64,000 bases of DNA. Source: Eledone cirrhosa. Its lineage: Eukaryota. Positions 1 to 12,700 of this stretch are shown here, piece by piece. The stretch covers positions 18,662,001-18,726,000 of the forward strand of contig OZ024752.1 of the NCBI GenBank assembly GCA_964016885.1, in the 5' to 3' direction. Below the pieces are notes generated by a model. It saw nothing but the letters and a program-made list of their open reading frames with translations. It ran no database searches and was not told where the DNA came from. Within the stretch, counting starts at the first letter, position 1. Each line of letters opens with the position of its first letter. The translations under genes and the position numbers were made by a program.

Positions 1-618
1 TAAAAAGTGGACGGCCCACAATGTAAAGTAGTCATGTAGGTGTTATAATAAAAAGTGGACAGCCCACACTGTAAAGTGGTCATGTAGGTGTTATAATAAA
101 AAATGGACAGTCCACACTGTAAAGTGGTCATGTAGGTGTTATAATAAAAAGTGTACAGCCCATACTGTAAAGTGGTTGTGTAGGTGTTATAATAAAAAGT
201 GGACAGCCCACAATGTAAAGTAGTCATGTAGGTGTTATAATAAAAAGTGGACAGCCCACACTGGAAAGTTGTTGTGTAGGTGTTATAATAAAAAGTGGAC
301 GGCCCACAATGTAAAGTAGTCATGTAGGTGTTATAATAAAAAGTGGACAGCCCACACTGTAAAGTGGTTGTGTAGGTGTTATAATAAAAAGTGGACAGCC
401 CACACTGTAAAGTAGTCATGTAGGTGTTATAATAAAAAGTGGACAGCCCACACTGTAAAGTAGTCATGTAGGTGTTATAATAAAAAGTGGACAGTGCACA
501 CTGTAAAGTAGTCATGTAGGTGTTATAATAAAAAGTGGACAGCCCACACTGTAAAGTAGTCATGTAGGTGTTGTAATAAAAAGTGGACAGCCCACACAGT
601 AAAGTAGTCATGTAGGTG

Positions 619-3600
619 TTATAATAAAAAAGTGGACAGCCCACACTGTAAAGTGGTCATGTAGGTGTTATAATAAAAAGTGGACAGCCCACACAGTAAA
701 GTAGTCATGTAGGTGTTATAATAAAAAGTGGACAGCCCACACAGTAAAGTAGTCATGTAGGTGTTATAATAAAAAGTGGACAGCCCACACTGTAAAGTGG
801 TCATGTAGGTGTTATAATAAAAAGTGGACAGCCCACACTGTAAAGTGCTTGTGTAGGTGTTATAATAAAAAGTGGACAGTCCACACTGTAAAGTGGTCAT
901 GTAGGTGTTATAATAAAAAGTGGACAGCCCATACAGTAAAGTAGTCATGTAGGTGTTATAATAAAAAGTGGACAGCCCACACTGTAAAGTGGTCATGTAG
1001 GTGTTATAATAAAAAGTGGACAGTCCACACTGTAAAGTGGTCATGTAGGTGTTATAATAAAAAGTGTACAGCCCACACTGTAAAGTGGTCATGTAGGTGT
1101 TATAATAAAAAGTGGATAGCCCACACTGTAAAGTGGTTGTGTAGGTGTTATAATAAAAAGTGGACAGCCCACACTGTAAAGTGCTTGTGTAGGTGTTATA
1201 ATAAAAAGTGGACAGCCCACACTGTAAAGTGGTTGTGTAGGTGTTATAATAAAAAGTGGACAGCCCACACTGTAAAGTGGTTGTGTAGGTGTTATAATAA
1301 AAAGTGGACAATCCACACTGTAAAGTGGTCATGTAGGTGTTATAATAAAAAGTGGACAGCCCACACAGTAAAGTGGTTGTGTAGGTGTTATAATAAAAAG
1401 TGGACAGCCCACACTGTAAAGTGGTTGTGTAGGTGTTATAATAAAAAGTGTACAGTCCACACTGTAAAGTAGTCATGTAGGTGTTATAATAAAAAGTGGA
1501 CAGCCCACACTGTAAAGTAGTCATGTAGGTGTTATAATAAAAAGTGGACAGCCCACACTGTAAAGTGGTTGTGTAGGTGTTATAAGAAAAAGTGGACAGC
1601 CCACACTGTAAAGTGGTCATGTAGGTGTTATAATAAAAAGTGGATAGCCCACACTGTAAAGTGGTTGTGTAGGTGTTATAATAAAAAGTGGCCAGTCCAC
1701 ACTGTAAAGTAGTCATGTAGGTGTTATAATAAAAAGTGGACAGCCCACATTGTAAAGTGGTTGTGTAGGTGTTATAATAAAAAGTGGACAGCCCACACTG
1801 TAAAGTGGTTATGTAGGTGTTATAATAAAAAGTGGACAGCCCACACTGTAAAGTAGTCATGTAGGTGTTATAATAAAAAGTGGACAGCCCACACTGTAAA
1901 GTGGTTGTGTAGGTGTTATAATAAAAAGTGGACAGCCCACACTGTAAAGTGGTCATGTAGGTGTTATAATAAAAAGTGGACAGCCCACATTGTAAAGTGG
2001 TTGTGTAGGTGTTATAATAAAAAGTGGACAGCCCACACTGTAAAGTGGTTATGTAGGTGTTATAATAAAAAGTGGACAGCCCACACTGTAAAGTAGTCAT
2101 GTAGGTGTTATAATAAAAAGTGGACAGCCCACACTGTAAAGTGGTTGTGTAGGTGTTATAATAAAAAGTGGACAGCCCACACTGTAAAGTGGTCATGTAG
2201 GTGTTATAATAAAAAGTGGACAGCCCACACTGTAAAGTAGTCATGTATGTGTTATAATAAAAAGTGGACAGCCCACACTGTAAAGTGGTTGTGTAGGTGT
2301 TATAATAAAAAGTGGACAGTCCACACTGTAAAGTGGTCATGTAGGTGTTATAATAAAAAGTGGCCAACCCACACTGTAAAGTGGTCATGTAGGTGTTATA
2401 ATAAAAAGTGGACAGCCCACAGTGTAAAGTGGTCATGTAGGTGTTATAATAAAAAGTGGACAGCCCACACTGTAAAGTGGTCATGTAGGTGTTATAATAA
2501 AAAGTGGCCAACCCACACTGTAAAGTGGTCATGTAGGTGTTATAATAAAAAGTGGACAGCCCACACAGTAAAGTGGTCATGTAGGTGTTATAATAAAAAG
2601 TGGACAGGCCACACTGTAAAGTGGTCATGTAGGTGTTATAATAAAAAGTGGACAGCCCACACTGTAAAGTGGTCATGTAGGTGTTATAATAAAAAGTGGC
2701 CAACCCACACTGTAAAGTGGTCATGTAGGTGTTATAATAAAAAGTGGACAGCCCACACTGTAAAGTAGTCATGTAGGTGTTATAATAAAAAGTGGACAGC
2801 CCACACTGTAAAGTGGTCATGTAGGTGTTATAATAAAAAGTGGACAGCCCACACTGTAAAGTGGTCATGTAGGTGTTATAATAAAAAGTGGCCAACCCAC
2901 ACTGTAAAGTGGTCATGTAGGTGTTATAATAAAAAGTGGACAGCCCACACTGTAAAGTAGTCATGTAGGTGTTATAATAAAAAGTGGACAGCCCACACAG
3001 TAAAGTAGTCATGTAGGTGTTATAATAAAAAGTGGACAGCCCACACTGTAAAGTGGTCATGTAGGTGTTATAATAAAAAGTGGCCAACCCACACTGTAAA
3101 GTGGTCATGTAGGTGTTATAATAAAAAGTGGACAGCCCACACAGTAAAGTAGTCATGTAGGTGTTATAATAAAAAGTGGATAGCCCACACAGTAAAGTAG
3201 TCATGTAGGTGTTATAATAACAAGTGGACAGCCCACACTGTAAAGTAGTCATGTAGGTGTTATAATAGAAAGTGGATAGCCCACACTGCAAAGTGGTTGT
3301 GTAGGTGTTATAATAAAAAGTGGACAGCCCACACTGTAAAGTGGTTGTGTAGGTGTTATAATAAAAAGTGGACAGCCCACACTGTAAAGTGGTCATGTAG
3401 GTGTTATAATAAAAAGTGGACAGCCCACACTGTAAAGTAGTCATGTAGGTGTTATAATAAAAAGTGGACAGCCCACACTGTAAAGTGGTTGTGTAGGTGT
3501 TATAATAAAAAGTGGACAGCCCACACAGTAAAGTAGTCATGTAGGTGTTATAATAAAAAGTGGACAGCCCACACAGTAAAGTAGTCATGTAGGTGTTATA

Positions 3601-6600
3601 ATAAAAAGTGGACAGTCCACACTGTAAAGTGGTCATGTAGGTGTTATAATAAAAAGTGCACAGTCCACACTGTAAAGTGGTCATGTAGGTGTTATAATAA
3701 AAAGTGGACAGCCCACACTGTAAAGTAGTCATGTAGGTGTTATAATAAAAAGTGGACAGTCCACACTGTAAAGTGGTTGTGTAGGTGTTATAATAAAAAG
3801 TGGATAGCCCACACAGTAAAGTAGTCATGTAGGTGTTATAATAAAAAGTGGACAGTCCACACTGTAAAGTGGTCATGTAGGTGTTATAATAAAAAGTGGA
3901 CAGCCCACACTGTAAAGTGGTCATGTAGGTGTTATAATAAAAAGTGGACAGTCCACACTGTAAAGTGGTTATGTAGGTGTTATAATAAAAAGTGGATAGC
4001 CCACACTGTAAAGTGGTCATGTAGGTGTTATAATAAAAAGTGGACAGCCCACACTGTAAAGTGGTCATGTAGGTGTTATAATAAAAAGTGGACAGTCCAC
4101 ACTGTAAAGTGGTCATGTAGGTGTTATAATAAAAAGTGGACAGCCCACACTGTAAAGTGGTCATGTAGGTGTTATAATAAAAAGTGGACAGTCCACACTG
4201 TAAAGTGGTCATGTAGGTGTTATAATAAAAAGTGGACAGCCCACACTGTAAAGTAGTCATGTAGGTGTTATAATAAAAAGTGGACAGTCCACACTGTAGA
4301 GTTGTTGTGTAGGTGTTATAATAAAAAGTGGACAGCCCACAGTGTAAAGTAGTCATGTAGGTGTTATAATAAAAAGTGGACAGCCCACACTGTAAAGTGG
4401 TCATGTAGGTGTTATAATAAAAACTGGACAGTCCACACTGTAAAGTGGTTGTGTAGGTGTTATAATAAAAAGTGGACAGCCCACACTGTAAAGTGGTTGT
4501 GTAGGTGTTATAATAAAAAGTGGATAGCCCACACAGTAAAGTAGTTGTGTAGGTGTTATAATAAAAAGTGGATAGCCCACACAGTAAAGTGGTCATGTAG
4601 GTGTTATAATAAAAAGTGGACAGCCCACACAGTAAAGTAGTCATGTAGGTGTTATAATAAAAAGTGGACAGCCCACACTGTAAAGTGGTTGTGTAGGTGT
4701 TATAATAAAAAGTGGACAGCCCACACTGTAAAGTAGTCATGTAGGTGTTATAATAAAAAGTGGACAGCCCACACAGTAACGTAGTCATGTAGGTGTTATA
4801 ATAAAAAGTGGACAGTCCACACTGTAGAGTTGTTGTGTAGGTGTTATAATAAAAAGTGGACAGCCCACACTGTAAAGTAGTCATGTAGGTGTTATAATAA
4901 AAAGTGGACAGCCCACACTGTAAAGTGGTTGTGTAGGTGTTATAATAAAAAGTGGCCAACCCACACTGTAAAGTGGTCATGTAGGTGTTATAATAAAAAG
5001 TGGACAGCCCACACAGTAAAGTAGTCATGTAGGTGTTATAATAAAAAGTGGATAGCCCACACAGTAAAGTAGTCATGTAGGTGTTATAATAAAAAGTGGA
5101 CAGCCCACACAGTAAAGTAGTCATGTAGGTGTTATAATAAAAAGAGGACAGCCCACACTGTAAAGTGGTCATGTAGGTGTTATAATAAAAAGTGGACAGC
5201 CCACACTGTAAAGTGCTTGTGTAGGTGTTATAATAAAAAGTGGACAGTCCACACTGTAAAGTGGTCATGTAGGTGTTATAATAAAAAGTGGACAGCCCAT
5301 ACAGTAAAGTAGTCATGTAGGTGTTATAATAAAAAGTGGACAGCCCACACTGTAAAGTGGTCATGTAGGTGTTATAATAAAAAGTGGACAGTCCACACTG
5401 TAAAGTGGTCATGTAGGTGTTATAATAAAAAGTGTACAGCCCACACTGTAAAGTGGTCATGTAGGTGTTATAATAAAAAGTGGATAGCCCACACTGTAAA
5501 GTGGTTGTGTAGGTGTTATAATAAAAAGTGGACAGCCCACACTGTAAAGTGCTTGTGTAGGTGTTATAATAAAAAGTGGACAGCCCACACTGTAAAGTGG
5601 TTGTGTAGGTGTTATAATAAAAAGTGGACAGCCCACACTGTAAAGTGGTTGTGTAGGTGTTATAATAAAAAGTGGACAGTCCACACTGTAAAGTGGTCAT
5701 GTAGGTGTTATAATAAAAAGTGGACAGCCCACACAGTAAAGTGGTTGTGTAGGTGTTATAATAAAAAGTGGACAGCCCACACTGTAAAGTGGTTGTGTAG
5801 GTGTTATAATAAAAAGTGTACAGTCCACACTGTAAAGTAGTCATGTAGGTGTTATAATAAAAAGTGGACAGCCCACACTGTAAAGTAGTCATGTAGGTGT
5901 TATAATAAAAAGTGGACAGCCCACACTGTAAAGTGGTTGTGTAGGTGTTATAAGAAAAACTGGACAGCCCACACTGTAAAGTGGTCATGTAGGTGTTATA
6001 ATAAAAAGTGGATAGCCCACACTGTAAAGTGGTTGTGTAGGTGTTATAATAAAAAGTGGCCAGTCCACACTGTAAAGTAGTCATGTAGGTGTTATAATAA
6101 AAAGTGGACAGCCCACATTGTAAAGTGGTTGTGTAGGTGTTATAATAAAAAGTGGACAGCCCACACTGTAAAGTGGTTATGTAGGTGTTATAATAAAAAG
6201 TGGACAGCCCACACTGTAAAGTAGTCATGTAGGTGTTATAATAAAAAGTGGACAGCCCACACTGTAAAGTGGTTGTGTAGGTGTTATAATAAAAAGTGGA
6301 CAGCCCACACTGTAAAGTGGTCATGTAGGTGTTATAATAAAAAGTGGACAGCCCACATTGTAAAGTGGTTGTGTAGGTGTTATAATAAAAAGTGGACAGC
6401 CCACACTGTAAAGTGGTTATGTAGGTGTTATAATAAAAAGTGGACAGCCCACACTGTAAAGTAGTCATGTAGGTGTTATAATAAAAAGTGGACAGCCCAC
6501 ACTGTAAAGTGGTTGTGTAGGTGTTATAATAAAAAGTGGACAGCCCACACTGTAAAGTGGTCATGTAGGTGTTATAATAAAAAGTGGACAGCCCACACTG

Positions 6601-9540
6601 TAAAGTAGTCATGTATGTGTTAGAATAAAAAGTGGACAGCCCACACTGTAAAGTGGTTGTGTAGGTGTTATAATAAAAAGTGGACAGTCCACACTGTAAA
6701 GTGGTCATGTAGGTGTTATAATAAAAAGTGGCCAACCCACACTGTAAAGTGGTCATGTAGGTGTTATAATAAAAAGTGGACAGCCCACAGTGTAAAGTGG
6801 TCATGTAGGTGTTATAATAAAAAGTGGACAGCCCACACTGTAAAGTGGTCATGTAGGTGTTATAATAAAAAGTGGCCAACCCACACTGTAAAGTGGTCAT
6901 GTAGGTGTTATAATAAAAAGTGGACAGCCCACACAGTAAAGTGGTCATGTAGGTGTTATAATAAAAAGTGGACAGGCCACACTGTAAAGTGGTCATGTAG
7001 GTGTTATAATAAAAAGTGGACAGCCCACACTGTAAAGTGGTCATGTAGGTGTTATAATAAAAAGTGGCCAACCCACACTGTAAAGTGGTCATGTAGGTGT
7101 TATAATAAAAAGTGGACAGCCCACACTGTAAAGTAGTCATGTAGGTGTTATAATAAAAAGTGGACAGCCCACACTGTAAAGTGGTCATGTAGGTGTTATA
7201 ATAAAAAGTGGACAGCCCACACTGTAAAGTGGTCATGTAGGTGTTATAATAAAAAGTGGCCAACCCACATTGTAAAGTGGTCATGTAGGTGTTATAATAA
7301 AAAGTGGACAGCCCACACTGTAAAGTAGTCATGTAGGTGTTATAATAAAAAGTGGACAGCCCACACAGTAAAGTAGTCATGTAGGTGTTATAATAAAAAG
7401 TGGACAGCCCACACTGTAAAGTGGTCATGTAGGTGTTATAATAAAAAGTGGCCAACCCACACTGTAAAGTGGTCATGTAGGTGTTATAATAAAAAGTGGA
7501 CAGCCCACACAGTAAAGTAGTCATGTAGGTGTTATAATAAAAAGTGGATAGCCCACACAGTAAAGTAGTCATGTAGGTGTTATAATAACAAGTGGACAGC
7601 CCACACTGTAAAGTAGTCATGTAGGTGTTATAATAGAAAGTGGATAGCCCACACTGTAAAGTGGTTGTGTAGGTGTTATAATAAAAAGTGGACAGCCCAC
7701 ACTGTAAAGTGGTTGTGTAGGTGTTATAATAAAAAGTGGACAGCCCACACTGTAAAGTGGTCATGTAGGTGTTATAATAAAAAGTGGACAGCCCACACTG
7801 TAAAGTAGTCATGTAGGTGTTATAATAAAAAGTGGACAGCCCACACTGTAAAGTGGTTGTGTAGGTGTTATAATAAAAAGTGGACAGCCCACACAGTAAA
7901 GTAGTCATGTAGGTGTTATAATAAAAAGTGGACAGCCCACACAGTAAAGTAGTCATGTAGGTGTTATAATAAAAAGTGGACAGTCCACACTGTAAAGTGG
8001 TCATGTAGGTGTTATAATAAAAAGTGCACAGTCCACACTGTAAAGTGGTCATGTAGGTGTTATAATAAAAAGTGGACAGCCCACACTGTAAAGTAGTCAT
8101 GTAGGTGTTATAATAAAAAGTGGACAGTCCACACTGTAAAGTGGTTGTGTAGGTGTTATAATAAAAAGTGGATAGCCCACACAGTAAAGTAGTCATGTAG
8201 GTGTTATAATAAAAAGTGGACAGTCCACACTGTAAAGTGGTCATGTAGGTGTTATAATAAAAAGTGGACAGCCCACACTGTAAAGTGGTCATGTAGGTGT
8301 TATAATAAAAAGTGGACAGTCCACACTGTAAAGTGGTTATGTAGGTGTTATAATAAAAAGTGGATAGCCCACACTGTAAAGTGGTCATGTAGGTGTTATA
8401 AAAAAAAGTGGACAGCCCACACTGTAAAGTGGTCATGTAGGTGTTATAATAAAAAGTGGACAGTCCACACTGTAAAGTGGTCATGTAGGTGTTATAATAA
8501 AAAGTGGACAGCCCACACTGTAAAGTGGTCATGTAGGTGTTATAATAAAAAGTGGACAGTCCACACTGTAAAGTGGTCATGTAGGTGTTATAATAATAAG
8601 TGGACAGCCCACACTGTAAAGTAGTCATGTAGGTGTTATAATAAAAAGTGGACAGTCCACACTGTAGAGTTGTTGTGTAGGTGTTATAATAAAAAGTGGA
8701 CAGCCCACAGTGTAAAGTAGTCATGTAGGTGTTATAATAAAAAGTGGACAGCCCACACTGTAAAGTGGTCATGTAGGTGTTATAATAAAAACTGGACAGT
8801 CCACACTGTAAAGTGGTTGTGTAGGTGTTATAATAAAAAGTGGACAGCCCACACTGTAAAGTGGTTGTGTAGGTGTTATAATAAAAAGTGGATAGCCCAC
8901 ACAGTAAAGTAGTTGTGTAGGTGTTATAATAAAAAGTGGATAGCCCACACAGTAAAGTGGTCATGTAGGTGTTATAATAAAAAGTGGACAGCCCACACAG
9001 TAAAGTAGTCATGTAGGTGTTATAATAAAAAGTGGACAGCCCACACTGTAAAGTGGTTGTGTAGGTGTTATAATAAAAAGTGGACAGCCCACACTGTAAA
9101 GTAGTCATGTAGGTGTTATAATAAAAAGTGGACAGCCCACACAGTAAAGTAGTCATGTAGGTGTTATAATAAAAAGTGGACAGTCCACACTGTAGAGTTG
9201 TTGTGTAGGTGTTATAATAAAAAGTGGACAGCCCACACTGTAAAGTAGTCATGTAGGTGTTATAATAAAAAGTGGACAGCCCACACTGTAAAGTGGTTGT
9301 GTAGGTGTTATAATAAAAAGTGGACAGTCCACACTGTAAAGTGGTCATGTAGGTGTTATAATAAAAAGTGGACAGCCCACACAGTAAAGTGGTTGTGTAG
9401 GTGTTATAATAAAAAGTGGACAGCCCACACTGTAAAGTGGTTGTGTAGGTGTTATAATAAAAATTGGACAGCCCACACTGTAAAGTGGTCATGTAGGTGT
9501 TATAATAAAAAGTGGACAGCCCACACTGTAAAGTGGTCAT
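619..9540 (-). other. Repeat-derived open frame, 2973 codons of the 16-aa repeat; coding status unsupported
   Basis: Bounded by an extra A in the A-run at 626-631 and a TAT>TAG stop at 9553; purely repetitive translation. Confidence 0.1.
632..9320. repeat. Higher-order tandem duplication, period 4368 bp (91 monomers), 2 copies (~632-4950 and ~5000-9320)
   Basis: Rare variants recur at +4368: gtgcttgt 845/5213, tataagaaaa ~1585/5953, gtgcacag 3656/8024, tgtagagttg ~4823/9191; ORF-track pairs 1089/5457, 1137/5505, 1905/6273. Confidence 0.93.
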
Positions 9541-9776
9541 GTAGGTGTTATACTAAAAAGTGGACAGCCCACACAGTAAAGTAGTCATGTAGGTGTTATA
9601 ATAAAAAGTGGACAGCCCACACTGTAAAGTGGTCATGTAGGTGTTATAATAAAAAATGGACAGTCCACACTGTAAAGTGGTCATGTAGGTGTTATAATAA
9701 AAAGTGTACAGCCCATACTGTAAAGTGGTTGTGTAGGTGTTATAATAAAAAGTGGACAGCCCACAATGTAAAGTAG

Positions 9777-12700
9777 TCATGTAGGTGTTATAATAAAAAG
9801 TGGACAGCCCACACTGGAAAGTTGTTGTGTAGGTGTTATAATAAAATTGGACAGCCCACAATGTAAAGTAGTCATGTAGGTGTTATAATAAAAAGTGGAC
9901 AGCCCACACTGTAAAGTGGTTGTGTAGGTGTTATAATAAAAAGTGGACAGCCCACACTGTAAAGTAGTCATGTAGGTGTTATAATAAAAAGTGGACAGCC
10001 CACACTGTAAAGTAGTCATGTAGGTGTTATAATAAAAAGTGGACAGTGCACACTGTAAAGTAGTCATGTAGGTGTTATAATAAAAAGTGGACAGCCCACA
10101 CTGTAAAGTAGTCATGTAGGTGTTGTAATAAAAAGTGGACAGCCCACACAGTAAAGTAGTCATGTAGGTGTTATAATAAAAAGTGGACAGCCCACACTGT
10201 AAAGTGGTCATGTAGGTGTTATAATAAAAAGTGGACAGCCCACACAGTAAAGTAGTCATGTAGGTGTTATAATAAAAAGTGGACAGCCCACACAGTAAAG
10301 TAGTCATGTAGGTGTTATAATAGAATGTGGACAGCCCACACTGTAAAGTGGTCATGTAGGTGTTATAATAAAAAGTGGACAGTCCACACTGTAAAGTGCT
10401 TGTGTAGGTGTTATAATAAAAAGTGTACAGCCCACACTGTAAAGTGCTTGTGTAGGTGTTATAATAAAAAGTGGACAGTCCACACTGTAAAGTGGTCATG
10501 TAGGTGTTATAATAAAAAGTGGACAGCCCATACAGTAAAGTAGTCATGTAGGTGTTATAATAAAAAGTGGACAGCCCACACTGTAAAGTGGTCATGTAGG
10601 TGTTATAATAAAAAGTGGACAGTCCACACTGTAAAGTGGTCATGTAGGTGTTATAATAAAAAGTGTACAGCCCACACTGTAAAGTGGTCATGTAGGTGTT
10701 ATAATAAAAAGTGGATAGCCCACACTGTAAAGTGGTTGTGTAGGTGTTATAATAAAAAGTGGACAGCCCACACTGTAAAGTCCTTGTGTAGGTGTTATAA
10801 TAAAAAGTGGACAGCCCACACTGTAAAGTGGTTGTGTAGGTGTTATAATAAAAAGTGGACAGCCCACACTGTAAAGTGGTTGTGTAGGTGTTATAATAAA
10901 AAGTGGACAGTCCACACTGTAAAGTGGTCATGTAGGTGTTATAATAAAAAGTGGACAGCCCACACAGTAAAGTGGTTGTGTAGGTGTTATAATAAAAAGT
11001 GGACAGCCCACACTGTAAAGTGGTTGTGTAGGTGTTATAATAAAAAGTGTACAGTCCACACTGTAAAGTAGTCATGTAGGTGTTATAATAAAAAGTGGAC
11101 AGCCCACACTGTAAAGTAGTCCTGTAGGTGTTATAATAAAAAGTGGACAGCCCACACTGTAAAGTGGTTGTGTAGGTGTTATAATAAAAAGTGGACAGCC
11201 CACACTGTAAAGTGGTTGTGTAGGTGTTATAATAAAAAGTGGACAGCCCACACTGTAAAGTGGTTGTGTAGGTGTTATAATAAAAAGTGTACAGTCCACA
11301 CTGTAAAGTAGTCATGTAGGTGTTATAATAAAAAGTGGATAGCCCACACTGTAAAGTGGTTGTGTAGGTGTTATAATAAAAAGTGGACAGCCCACACTGT
11401 AAAGTGCTTGTGTAGGTGTTATAATAAAAAGTGGACAGCGCACACAGTAAAGTGGTTGTGTAGGTGTTATAATAAAAAGTGGACAGCCCACACTGTAAAG
11501 TGGTTGTGTAGGTGTTATAATAAAAAGTGTACAGTCCACACAGTAAAGTAGTCATGTAGGTGTTATAATAAAAAGTGGATAGCCCACACTGTAAAGTGGT
11601 TGTGTAGGTGTTATAATAAAAAGTGGACAGCCCACACTGTAAAGTGGTTGTGTAGGTGTTATAATAAAAAGTGGACAGCCCACACTGTAAAGTGGTTGTG
11701 TAGGTGTTATAATAAAAAGTGGACAGTCCACACTGTAAAGTGGTCATGTAGGTGTTATAATAAAAGGTGTACAGTCCACACTGTAAAGTAGTCATGTAGG
11801 TGTTATAATAAAAAGTGGACAGCCCACACAGTAAAGTGGTTGTGTAGGTGTTATAATAAAAAGTGGACATCCCACACAGTAAAGTAGTCATGTAGGTGTT
11901 ATAATAAAAAGTGGATAGCCCACACAGTAAAGTAGTCATGTAGGTGTTATAATAAAAAGTGGACAGCCCACACAGTAAAGTAGTCATGTAGGTGTTATAA
12001 TAAAAAGTGGACAGCCCACACTGTAAAGTGGTCATGTAGGTGTTATAATAAAAAGTGGACAGCCCACACTGTAAAGTGGTCATGTAGGTGTTATAATAAA
12101 AAGTGGACACCCCACACAGTAACGTGGTTGTGTAGGTGTTATAATAAAAAGTGGACAGCCCACACTGTAAAGTAGTCATGTAGGTGTTATAATAAAAAGT
12201 GGACAGCCCACAGTGTAAAGTGGTCATGTATGTGTTATAATAAAAAGTGGACAGCCCACACTGTAAAGTGGTCATGTAGGTGTTATAATAAAAAGTGGAC
12301 AGCCCACACAGTAAAGTGGTTGTGTAGGTGTTATAATAAAAAGTGAACGGCCCACACTGTAAAGTAGTCATGTAGGTGTTATAATAAAAAGTGGACAGCC
12401 CACACTGTAAAGTAGTCATGTAGGTGTTATAATAAAAAGTGGACAGCCCACACAGTAAAGTAGTCATGTAGGTGTTATAATGAAAAGTGGATAGCCCACA
12501 CAGTAAAGTAGTCATGTAGGTGTTATAATAAAAAGTGGATAGCCCACACAGTAAAGTAGTCATGTAGGTGTTATAATAAAAAGTGGACAGCCCACACAGT
12601 AAAGTAGTCATGTAGGTGTTATAATAAAAAGTGGACAGCCCACACTGTAAAGTGGTCATGTAGGTGTTATAATAAAAAGTGGACAGCCCACACTGTAAAG

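Noticed and set aside
67-78. CACT-GTAA-AGTG hairpin with a GNRA-type loop as a structured RNA element
   Set aside because: Only a 4-bp stem, and the common cacA and gtA variants disrupt it without compensatory changes.
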